Below, in pieces: positions 53,245 through 64,000 of a stretch of DNA of 64,000 nt; position 1 is the first letter of the stretch; each line of letters starts with the position of its first letter. The stretch is from positions 16,616,001 to 16,680,000 of the forward strand of contig OZ193909.1 in assembly GCA_964276515.1 (NCBI GenBank), given 5' to 3'. The translations under genes and the position numbers were made by a program. The notes beneath the pieces were generated by a model. It was given only the letters and a program-made list of their open reading frames with translations, did no database searches and had not been told where the DNA came from. The stretch comes from Gordius albopunctatus. Its lineage: Eukaryota.

Positions 53245-55857
53245 CTACGACGGTCCCAAGTCCGTGTGCAAAAAGTGGAGGGTTGGCGTCAAGTCGGAAA
53301 CCGGCTATAAAAATCAACTCCAAAACTATGATAGTTTCAAACAGGATTTTACAAGAAAAGGCTAGGGCGTCCTCCACAAACGACGCGCACTGCATAACCC
53401 GCCCGTGCAATGTGAAAAATACACTAGGGTTACTGCCCAACTCACAACGAAGGCGGTTAAGGAAACTAGTTGTGGAAAGAATGCGAATTACGTGCTGGAA
53501 TGTGGGAGCGTTGACGGGGAAGAGCATCGAGGTCGCACAGATGCTAAAAATAAGAAAGGTACACATCGCCTGCCTACAAGAGACGAGGTGGAACGGAACG
53601 AAAGCCGGGGAATTAGGAGAAGGATACAAGCTTTTCTACAGAGGGTCATCAAATCGTAGAAACGGGGTCGGTATCTTTCTAAGTGAATCGTTCAAGGACA
53701 AGGTGGTGGAAGTAAAGCGTTGTTCCGACAGGCTAATTTGGGTGAAGATTGCAGATCAAGGGGGCCTCCTAACCGTTATGTGCGCGTATGCCCCCCAAAT
53801 TGGATGTTTGGAATCAGAGAAAGACATATTCTTCGATTCATTGGAAAAGGAAATACAAGGAATAGGACAGGAAGAAAGGCTAATTATTGGGGCAGATTTC
53901 AACGCTCACGTTGGGAAAGATCGCCTCGGGTATGAACGCAATCATGGAGGCTATGGGCATGGTCTGAAGAACAAAGAAGGGGAAGAACTTCTCCAAGTAT
54001 CCCAAGCATATGACATGGCGATCGTTAACACCTATTTTCAAAAGCGCGAAAATCATATTGTGACCTATAGAAGTGGGAAGCATTTTAGTCAAATCGACTA
54101 TTTGCTTATACGGCGAAAGGACTTATGGAGTATCAAGGATTTCAAAGTGATACGGGGAGAAGAAATCGCCAGGCAACATCGTCCCCTTGTTATGGATCTT
54201 GACAGAAGAGTATTTCCCGAAAAAAGAAAGTTCTATGAACCTCGAATTTGATACGAAAGGCTAAAGGATACGTCGACGAACAAAGAATACCATCAAAAAG
54301 CCTGCTCACTCTTGGGTGCAAGGAAGTTGCAAAGGGACGTAGACGACGATTGAGAGACGCTATCTAAGGACATTAAGGAAACAGCGATTCGTGTTCTAGG
54401 ACAGACCAAAGGAGACAAAGCTATGAATAGGGAACTATGGTGGTGGGATCAATCGGTTAAAGATTTCATCGAAAGAAAGAAAAATCTATATAGACGGTGG
54501 CATATCTTAACAAGATATTGGTAGAAGAGCGAATCCCTAATCAATGGAGAGGAAGCACGATTATAGCATTATTTAAAGGCAAAGGCGACCCTCAGGACTG
54601 CGGCAATTACAGAGGTATCAAGCTAACTTGCCACTCCTTGAAGCTTTTGGAAAGGATCTTAGTAACAAGGCTGAAAAGCGAGGTGGAAATATCGGCTAAT
54701 CAATTCGGATTCGTGGCCGGCAAATCCACAATCGACCCAATCTTCGCCCTGAGACAAATGATGGATAAGTATGGTGAAAAGAGGAAAGACCTACATATGG
54801 TTTTTATCGACTTGGAGAAAGCTTATGACACGGTCCCCCGCGACTTAATATGGTAGTGCCTGAGGAAACAAAATATCCCTGACGCATATGTACGGCTTAT
54901 GAAAAATATTTATGAAGCTTCAAACTCTTGCGTTAGGACGACAGTTGGAGACTCTAAACCTTTTCGGGTTAATATTGGATTACATCAAGGCTCTGCTTTA
55001 AGTCCCTTTTTATTTAATATAATTATAGACACGATAACGAGGGACGTTCAAAAGCCTTCGCCATGATGTATGCTATATGCCAATGATATAGTACTATGCG
55101 AGGAAACAAGAGAGAAAGTATTCGAAGAAGCCGAAAAATGGTCAAAGCGCTTAGCTGGATATGGTTTAAAGGTCAAAGATAGAAAAACGGTATACATGGA
55201 AATGAACGGTACAGGCACCCCATCGCTGGATGACCATCTAAAGTACCCAAAAGTAGACAGGTTCACATACATCGGCTCGATGCTACATCAAGAGGGAGGT
55301 TTCACAACAGAAGTCAATGCCCGGATCCAAAAAGGATGGCTTAAATGGCGAAGTATATCCGGTGTTTTGTGTGACAAGAAAATGCCAATATGGTTGAAGA
55401 GCAAAGCTTACAAATCCATCGTAAGACTTGTGTTACTCTATGGAAGTGAAACATGGGCATTAAACACCACGGAATTAAAGCTATTACAAGCCACAGAGAT
55501 GAGAATAATACGGTGGAGCTTGGGGTATACTAAGCTCGACCATATGAAAAATGACTTTTTCATGACAAAAATGGGTATTCAATCTATGGCGGACATGATT
55601 AACGAAAATCGGCTAAGGTGGTATGGTCATATACTAAGGAGGGATACGGATGACGTAAATCGAAAAGTACTGGAGATGGAGGTACCGGGGAAGAGAGGAA
55701 GAAGACGACCCCGTGTCACGTGGAAAGGGCAAGTCGATAAAGTTATGGAAACTAAAGATATTAGTCAAGACATGGCACTCACCCGGTCAAGATGGAAGAA
55801 ACTTATTAAAACAAACCCCACCAATGTGGGACCAAATAACTGATAAAGAAGAAGAAG
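53245..55857 (+). mobile_element. RTE-A LINE, near full length with an internal deletion, inserted in the Gypsy 3' LTR
   Basis: APE (WNVG, LQETRW, YAPQ, ADFNAH, SQIDY); RT (YRGIKL, DLEKAYD, QGSALSP, YAND); (GAA)n tail. Confidence 0.96.
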
Positions 55858-57123
55858 ATCAACACTAAAAGAGGTTAAAAATATTTAATGTTTATACTGT
55901 GTAAAACAAATGTTTGACCTCAAGTAAAACGTTAAAAGTATTTTAAACTAAGTGACAAATTATTACAATGGAAATTGCAGATCAACGCAATATTTCTTAA
56001 TTTATTATTGTCATACGTCCGTTTTTTATAGGAAAGACTATGTTAATCCAATTTCGTTTATAAAATTTATTCTGGTATTTCAAAAAATGAAAAAATTTGC
56101 TGCAAAAATATATCTAACGATTTCTTAGTTATACGATACATTAAAGCATTTTAAGCTTTAATAAATAATCTTTTTTTGTTGTCTGTGTGATTAAAATAGT
56201 GGAAAAGTTATAACGAATAAATTCCATAAAAAGTCGATCAACTAAAGTATATTAAATAAATTTTAAATAATTATGATAAATTTTGATTGTTCATAGAAAT
56301 TTTAGGTAATTAAAAATATTTATTTAGGAGGTCAAAGGTAGCCAAGATTTAGGTCATGGCGAGGGAAGAAGGATTTTGGTGGAGAGGCCCTGGTTTCTTT
56401 AGTATACCCCTAGTTACGCTGCTTACCTATATAAATATGACAAAGGGTAGTAGAAATTTTTGATGTCTATATACTGAGCTACAGTGTAACCCTCCTCAAA
56501 GGCCAATAAAAAAATATACATATTTGGGCAGAGGTAGGTTTTGTAAACAAAAGTTTGGCGCTACAACACATAAAACTCATAAAATAAAGCTTTTTTAATT
56601 AATTTTTTTGTGTAACTAGAATCAAGCAGCCGATAAGTCTGATGCTTACCTAAAAATAACAATATAATTTGGTTCTAAATTTTTTAATCTTATATAATTT
56701 CGTCTATCGAGAAGCATTACTTTCAATTGTGCAAGTTTTTTAATTACTTCAATTATTTTTGAAATATTGAATTAGAGTTATGGCATTTTAACTTTTGGTA
56801 TAGTTTTTTTGACATAATACTTTCCGTGTGCTTTATATTGCTCTAATTATAATGAATATAAATAATTTAACTGATAAATTTTTAAATCATCAAATTTCCT
56901 AAGTCACTTTTTAATGTCAACCATGCTTTTAGAGTTATTATTGAAGTTTGTGTTAGAATAAAAAGGGGGTTTAAGTTAGTGTACAATCTATAATTACGGT
57001 AAGACGTAAGTGGTTTGCTTAAAGTAAGAACATTCTAAAAATGATAATGCTTCGTTTCGCGACGAGTTGAGCATTTGCTATACTTGACTTAGTTTGTCTA
57101 AATAAGTTTTTCAAAATATATGC

Positions 57124-57418
57124 ATGGCTAAAAAATCTTGTACTAATATTAAATACAAAAATGGCAGTAAAGACCCATTGAACACCATTAGTAAAAAGCA
57201 GCAAAGGATACTTAAGCTTGAGGTTGCACATTAAATACGCTTTTGAATTGTTTTAATAGGAAAAGGAAAAGAAGCGAATTGAAAAAGAACAGGCTCTTAA
57301 GAATTACAAAAATAATAAAACCAAGACGTTAAAATATATCAATAAGAGGAATCGATATGGTCAACCAAATTTAAATGCCCAGATGGAATTGATATTAACA
57401 AAGTTGCAAAATAAATAG
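57124..57418 (+). CDS. CCDC59: CCDC59/TAP26 (Fyv7-family) protein, 85 aa as modelled; intron 57223-57259
   Basis: Basic coiled coil ending …NRYGQPNLNAQMELILTKLQNK*, matching the family's GQPNLN.QME.LL.K C-terminus; 37-nt GT-AG intron in phase 0. Confidence 0.8.
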
Positions 57419-58056
57419 CATATCTTTCCCCTTAACATGTTTACTTAAATATGGCTTTTAATGAATATTTGTAATTCTGTATATTTAATTAATAAATATG
57501 ATTAAAACTAATTTAATATTTATTAATTTTTTAAGAGTTTATATTTAAATGATTTTGCATTTATTTAAAAATGTAGAATTTTACAAAATACATATCATCA
57601 TACCACTTGTTGATCATCATTATAAAGTCATTTTATTTCACTTATGTCTGGTAAGGTGGCTTAAAAACTCTGAATAATATTTTAATTTTTGTTTTTATTA
57701 CATTAAATATGAAGCCATCGTAAGAATTACAAAAAGTATTTTTAATTAAAGACTAAAGTCTAATTTAAATACTTATTTTATAAAACAATTAAGAATACAT
57801 ACCTAATTGGACTGTTAAAGTTCACGTTAAACACAAATTAAAGCTTGTAATAAAAATGCTATAATTTTTGGTTTTTATATGTGATCTTATATTTTTATGC
57901 CCAATATTAATTTATTTTAATAACAATTGTTCTAATTGGTTTTGCAATTTTAATAATATCAGCCCTCTTTATTAAAAAAAATGAAAATGGTGTATACACT
58001 TGTGATGATATCCGTTAAGATTAAAATAGTAATTTAATTATTACCTGAGGCACTAC

Positions 58057-58718
58057 CATGGGCGTAGCCAGGGGGGGGGCGAAAAAATTTTTTTCAATGC
58101 AAAAACCCTTAAAAATCGAAAAGGTTTGGTCATTTTTTTCAATGGTCAGTAGCCAGAACACGGTCAAAAAGTCATATTATCAATGGTATTAACAAGAACA
58201 ATATATTAATTTAATTTAAAAAAAATTTTGTCCTCTCTGGGTCTCGAACCAGAAATTTAGAACGTTCGCCGGGATTCAAACCCCTATTAAATAGAGGCAT
58301 AGACCCTTTTAGGGGAGGGCATAGGGTAATTATCAATGTTAAACTATTCAAAAACGAAAAATTAAAAATTTCGATTTATTTGGCCAGTGGTCATTTTTTT
58401 CATTGGTCAGTAGCCTGCGGACGGTCAAAAAGTCATATTATCAATGGTATTAACAAGAACAAAATACTAATTTAATTTAAAAAAAATAAAAATTTTTGTC
58501 CTCTCCGGGTCTCGATCCCCAATCTGCAAGTGGGGAAGCTGGTGTAAATAACTTGGTGGACGACGGACGGACGGACAACAAAAAACGAGCCCATAAATTG
58601 CATAGCAATTAAAAAGCCGAGATCTCGACTATAAAATCTCGTCTCGAGGTAAAAATTCTCGTCTCGGTTTTTCGAGACAAGATGAGACCGAGATTTTTCT
58701 CGGGTTTTCCGCATCACT
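58057..58718. repeat. Composite repeat: G-run MITE end, HINE-like element (minus strand, with GTCC microsatellite), and a hAT right end
   Basis: CATGGGCGTAGCCAGG at 58057; (GGAC)n at about 58560-58577; TCTCG repeats and GCATCACTA end like 62386. Confidence 0.6.
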
Positions 58719-58799
58719 ACGTGTTGATAAATAATAATATATGGGGAAGAAATAACAAACACGTAAAAGCGCGTGGGGGGGGGTGGGAAGTAACACACA

Positions 58800-60560
58800 C
58801 ATAATAGAATTTTTTTTTTAAAATAATATATTAGTTTATTGATATATATCTAAACATAATATTAAATGGTACAATTATATAATAATGATATTTATAAAAT
58901 AAAGTCTTCGTCTTCCTCTTTTAGAAGAGGTCAGGAATCCAAAAAAGATTTGAAATTAAATTTTGCAATTAAGATAGCTATTGATTGTTTCAATAAAAAT
59001 GCGGAGGAATATTTTTTTGAATTGACATGCTTTATTAAAAAAAGTATTAAATATATAGTGGAATTAATAAAAAGATACAAGAACGAAAACATTTTAAAAA
59101 ATGATTAAAACACATAATCCGTTTCTTCATCTTCTTTAAGAATGGGCATTGAGTCCATCAAAGAATAAAAATTGGATTTATCAATCGCAATGGCGATTGA
59201 TTGTGTTAGTAAAAAAACTATTCGATATTTTTGAAGGAGGCGAGCGTTTATTGAGTTATTTAAAAAAATTTAATGCGCTCTTCCCAAATGTCCCTGAGCA
59301 CGACGAGACGATAGGAATAAAAAAGGAGGTTTCTGATAAAGCCGAGTATTTTAAGGATTTACGAGGCTTTGCCGATCCTAGGGGGTCGTGAGTATCGTTG
59401 GAAGGGGCAAACAGGTCAATACAGGTGTAGTCCCATTTTAAGAAAAAGCCTTTGTCCCATGGGATAAGTGACAAACCATCAGGGCGCATCCGCCCTTCGA
59501 GAGAGAGATCTGACGGTTCAAGGATGGAAGGAACTTTTGCCCGTTTGAGGGCAGCTTGAAGCAGTGTATATATTTTTTGGTGCCTACTATACCGGCTTTT
59601 CTGAAATTTACAATGCAGAGGGTGGCGCACTTCCTCATCTAGAAGTGAATTACAAAGCCGGCAGGGGTATGGAGACGAATATTTACACCCCAAGTGGAGA
59701 GCTATGTTGAAGGACAGGGTAGAGGGAGGGGATCGCCTACCTATTTCTTTGAATAAAGCCAACGCCATTTTTCCATAGGATCCTGAACAGGAGGAAACTA
59801 TAGGGATGAAAATACTAGAGTCCAAGAGGGCCTTGTATTTTTAGAGCTTGCGTTCTTCAGTGAGAGCCATGGGGTCATAATTAAGATTAGAGGGGGAAAA
59901 TAGGTCTTATGCATGTAAAATTTTATTTTAAAAGGAGACCATTTTCCCATGGGACTAATGACGAACGGTTAGGACGCATTCGACCTTCAAGGGAAGGATC
60001 TGAGGGTTCAAATATGAATGGAATTTTGGCCTTTTTAAGGGCTGACTGGATAATGGAATTGATTTTAGAGTTTCGCAAGTGTCTAAATTTATTAAGTCTG
60101 CAGTGTAACGGGTGGCGTGCTTCATCAACCGGCAGGTTGCAATTTTTACAGGCATATGCTTTGGTGTATCTTATTCCAAGGCGTAGTGCTATATTGCAGG
60201 ATAGCTCGCAATACTCTAACATCATATTTGAGAACTTGCTAGGTTACGCCTCTAACCATCAATGTCCAGATTTATCAAACACCAAAGATCTAAGGGTGTA
60301 ATTTTGTTTGGTATCGTAGCTCGAAAGGAGATAAGCAACGGAGCGAATATGCATCCCCCCAATCCTTTTGATTTGGTGTTTGTGGTGGTGGTGAGCTTTC
60401 TGGTAGAACATTTAAATTCCAAAAGAATAGGGCCTGTATAAATGTTTCATCGAGGGAGTATTAGATTAATTTAGCGACGATAGATTTTGAGGATAAGTGG
60501 GAGGATATAAATGAGGCCACTGATAAGGAGCTTGGTGAAAGAATTTTCAGGCCCCCAGAA
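58800..60560 (-). mobile_element. CRE-clade (RLE) non-LTR retrotransposon 3' region (copy A), interrupted by copy B
   Basis: GGLKI thumb motif, LRLG, CKNC…HPLHC zinc knuckle, EP…RP…VPW RLE motifs, FIPIVSSCSGSYG; C-terminus FLLKQSIAILIAKFN resumes after B. Confidence 0.8.
59026..59727 (-). mobile_element. 5'-truncated CRE-clade element (copy B) nested in copy A
   Basis: CRLC…HPLHC, RH, RPDGLSLIPW…WDYTC, own C-terminus, 3' UTR and AATAAA near 59031-59036; junctions approximate. Confidence 0.8.
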
Positions 60561-60845
60561 AAAAAAATTAAAAAAAAATAATCAATGATTTAGATTATAT
60601 AAATATTATAAAAAAATTAGTTAGAAATAACGTTGGAATATAACCTCAAAAATAGTAAAAATGTCATTTTTACAACTTTAATCTCATTTATCTAAAATTT
60701 AGAGTTTTGGAAAAAATTCAAAACATTATTGTTCAGATAATATAAAATGCAAAATGAATGAACGTGACAGGCTCAGCTGTAAAAAAGGCTGGTCATTTTG
60801 GTCGATCTTTAATTCAAGTAAGAAGATTAACAGTCGACTCTGATC

Positions 60846-62386
60846 TAGTGTTTCGATCTCGTCTCGGTCTCGAAAACAAAATCTCGTCTCGGGAGCCATT
60901 ATGAAAATCTCGATCTCGTCTCGGTCTAGAAAAATCTCGATCTCGTCTCGTCTCGACTTTTTAGAAAAAATATATACTGAATGAAAATTTCTCCTGTTTT
61001 ATTAAAAATATTAAAAAAGTGTTAAAAAATCCAAATGGCAAATTTTTATATTTTTTAAAAAACTTTAATACACAAACTTTTTAAAGATTTAGCGGGACAT
61101 GACATCTCATTGACAATATAAAGATATAAATTAATTCATAAAGATAACATTTTCTATGGAAAGTGCAGACTAAAAGACTATAAATAAATTTGAAGTATAG
61201 AAAATTAAATGTGAATGTTCTAGCAAATTATAACATTTGTATCAAATTAACTTTTTGTCCACTATAAATAGACTTAATAATACGTTCGCTTATAGTTGTT
61301 GACTTAGTTGCATAATTGAGCAAATTGAGACCCTTTGTTGACTAAGTTTATTGTTACCATCATCAATTATATGCCATAGTGTTTATTGCATGTTTACTAT
61401 AGTTATAAAACATAAAGTGCGAGTGACTTTTAATAATAATATTATTATTTACAGAATTTTTAACTAGAGGCACATATCAAAACGTTGTGAAAACAACAAT
61501 AAAAGCAGCATTATTATAGGATTAAGAAGATAATGTTTTAAACTTTAAATTTCACGTATTTAAATTTATGACAGAAATCATTATAATCAAATTTATATTC
61601 CAAATAATTACCTACCAATTCCAACTAACTTTGCCATTAAATAGTTATTTATCGAATACAGTATAGGTTCGTGTATTTATTTTATATTGCACAATTATGA
61701 AAATATAATAAATTTAAATGCACCTGCCAACCCAGCGTATAATGTGAAAAGTAATGCATATGACAAATCTATGTATTCACATAATGTCTTATTAAAATTC
61801 AAAAATTTGGGAGGTATACTATTAGTTGAAGCATAAAAACTTTTAAAAAATCCATGATTTATATTTTATCTATTATGGTATCATTAAATACTCTATTGTA
61901 CTTTTGAAATCGTTAGGCGGGCGCTCAAAAATCTAGACCCACTCATTCAAACTGATTGACTACCAATTTATAATTACCGCATTATGCAGGATGAGTAACT
62001 GCAAAATATAAATATGCTTTAGTAATATTTACTATTCCATCAGAACTCATTCTAAGCCTAAAATTTCTTTAATATTTAATAGTGCTATGGATACAAATAG
62101 GTGATAAAGATAATATAAAATTATTAACATACCCTATGGATCAACCTCACTTAGGTAAATGATTGCCAAATTTTAAATTTTCTGCAAAAATATATTATAT
62201 ACATATTGATTTACACTTAATACCTTAAATGTAAATCATGCAAATTAAAATACACAATAATTTACTAAAATCTAACGATCAATAAAAAGTCGAGATCTCG
62301 CCGAGAAAATCTCGTCTCGTCTCGACATCAAAATTCTCGTCTCGATTCCATAGACCGAGATTTTTCTCGGGTTTTCCGCATCACTA
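60846..62386. mobile_element. Non-autonomous hAT element with TCTCG subterminal repeats
   Basis: TAGTG…CACTA termini; 8-bp TSD CTCTGATC. Confidence 0.9.
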
Positions 62387-63084
62387 CTCTGATCTATCTT
62401 TCAAATTTCAACTAAGCTTGAAGGTGGACTAAGAAAATCAGAAGAACCAATGAAAGGCAATAATTGGTTCTAAAAGCATTTAATATTTTATACTAAATCC
62501 GGTTTAACTATCACCTTCGCATATTTAAGAATTTACCCCTTCAATGTCCCCGCTTGTTCACTTTTGAAAATTTATCGTATAAATAGTTCAGATGATTAAT
62601 TATGTTTTATTGTAATAATTTCATTATTGACAATAATAATAATACAAAAATAAAATGTTACATATAAAAGGTAAAAAAAGTTTACATAGCTCTATACCAT
62701 TATCTATTATACATAATTGGATATATATGCTGATGGTTATAAATGCGTCAAAAAATTAGCACATGTTTAAAAAAATCTTATGCATGAAAAATTATTAGAT
62801 TTTTGCCTCAACATCATAAAGTCTTTATATTGAGTATTATTAAAATAAAAGGTGCAAAACGGTAGGGCGAGTGGTTGCTTTGCTTTTAAAGCCATGAAAA
62901 GTTAAAAGGGGGGTCCAAGGTATTATGCTAAAAATGTAGATTTTTGGTTTTTGCATTGACGACATTCAAATATAATACTAGAAGCGAGATTGAATACTTT
63001 GATTTGGTACAGTGTGGGCTAGTAGGGAGTGTACAAAATGGTTAACATCCAAAAAGTCGTAAAATTAAAAGCACAATAATGGAA

Positions 63085-63726
63085 TTAGCAAGATATTTTT
63101 TCTCCCATTTTAGTCACATATTCGTTGTGGGTATTGAATGAGAGTTGAGTCTTATTCAAATCATCGTGATATAAGTCGAGGGTAGGTGTTATGCTGAGAG
63201 TATTAGGATTCCAAGTATCGTTAGGTAGGGCCGGGGTTACTTTGGATGTTATTATACCAGCCATAGCGGTGTACAATGCGACAACATCAGCCTATATAAA
63301 GAAATCGATATTAGCCTTATATATTTTTCCCTTCAAAATCCATTTTTACCTTTTATTTACTTTTATTGAAAAGCTTCAGTAAGGCTAAGGATATTTGGAA
63401 GGACATTTTAAATGAGGCATATAAACATAAATTATATTTTACACATAAATTCTCTTAGTATTCAATTTCGATATTATTAAAAATCCTTAATAAATATTTG
63501 CCATTTTATGATTGTTATTATTTAAATTTAGATAAGTTTTATTCAATGTAGCAAAAAATGCGTTTGCCATAAAATAGTTTTATTTACTTGGGTAGAGAAC
63601 AAGTTGGGCCGTTTGGTGTTGTAGATGTAAGCCATTTGAAATAGGTCGAAATGACCCCCATCATGAAGGTATTGTAAGTAAGCAGAGGCTAGTATACACA
63701 AAGATGCCGCTTCGAAACCGCCAAAT
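63085..63726 (-). CDS. Last two exons (63588-63726, 63085-63291) of a receptor protein-tyrosine phosphatase, Ptp99A/PTPRG-like D2 domain
   Basis: FGGFEAASLCILAS…FDLFQMAYIYNTKRPNLFSTQ-ADVVALY resembles the degenerate D2 end of Ptp99A/PTPRG; GT-AG junctions in frame. Confidence 0.65.
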
Positions 63727-63799
63727 CTAAAGCCATAAAATCACGATCATTTCTAAGCCCTTTTATACTATTATATCAAACGAATCGTAGCATAACTTA

Positions 63800-64000
63800 A
63801 AATGGTATTTTTTTTTTAAATATAAATCTTTATTAGGTGAAGTCTATATATAATAAAAATATAAAGCACGATCAATAAATAGATAAAAGGCGTGGCTACT
63901 CTTCATTTTCATCGAGGGCCAGAGGCCAGGTGTCGGAAAATGCCTTATAGTTGTATTTGGCTATTAAAATTCCTATTTTTTGGCGCAAAAGAAAGCTTGC
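63800..64000 (-). mobile_element. 3' end of a third CRE-clade element in the phosphatase intron
   Basis: ASFLLRQKIGILIAKYNYKAFSDTWPLALDENEE* (stop 63896-63898) aligns with C-termini of copies A and B. Confidence 0.65.

Larger units (their letters stand above)
48798..55869 (+). mobile_element. Ty3/Gypsy LTR retrotransposon, CsRn1 lineage, decayed; 5' LTR 48798-49055, 3' LTR 53003-53244 plus 55858-55869
   Basis: TSD AGAG; tRNA-Trp PBS; gag KLPEF…W and CX2HX9CX3C knuckle; protease DTGA; RT YIDD; RNase H TDAS; integrase D-D-E region and PYDG motif; PPT GGAAGGGGAG 52990-52999; about 12 differences over 242 aligned LTR nt. Confidence 0.96.

Noticed and set aside
58866..59391. Plus-strand ORFs 58866-59108 and 59149-59391
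   Set aside because: Antisense to CRE element C-termini

Overview
AT-rich intron-containing DNA from an invertebrate animal (taxon not determinable from sequence alone). Host genes recognised by manual splicing: promethin/LDAF1-like (3364-4059,+), phosphomannomutase with 33-93 nt introns (13003-14126,-), a 16-exon GluN2/Nmdar2-type NMDA receptor subunit (26356-44991,+), a small CCDC59/TAP26-like gene (57124-57418,+), the 3' end of a Ptp99A/PTPRG-like receptor phosphatase (63085-63726,-), and a few orphan ORFs. The rest is dense in transposons: several non-autonomous hAT families with 8-bp TSDs (some nested), a G-run hAT MITE family, a Chapaev3-like foldback, RTE LINEs, CRE-type RLE LINEs, and a decayed CsRn1-lineage Ty3/Gypsy element whose 3' LTR is interrupted by an RTE. 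Most notable: (1) the Gypsy primer-binding site is a 39-nt copy of tRNA-Trp with its only mismatch opposite position 58 and its end just before position 37, and it runs in frame into an ATG-less gag; (2) the GluN2 gene has Lys at the normally invariant ligand-binding Arg and Gly at the pore N-site; (3) one CRE element is nested in frame inside the endonuclease of another. All alignments were done by eye against remembered family consensus sequences; no searches were run.
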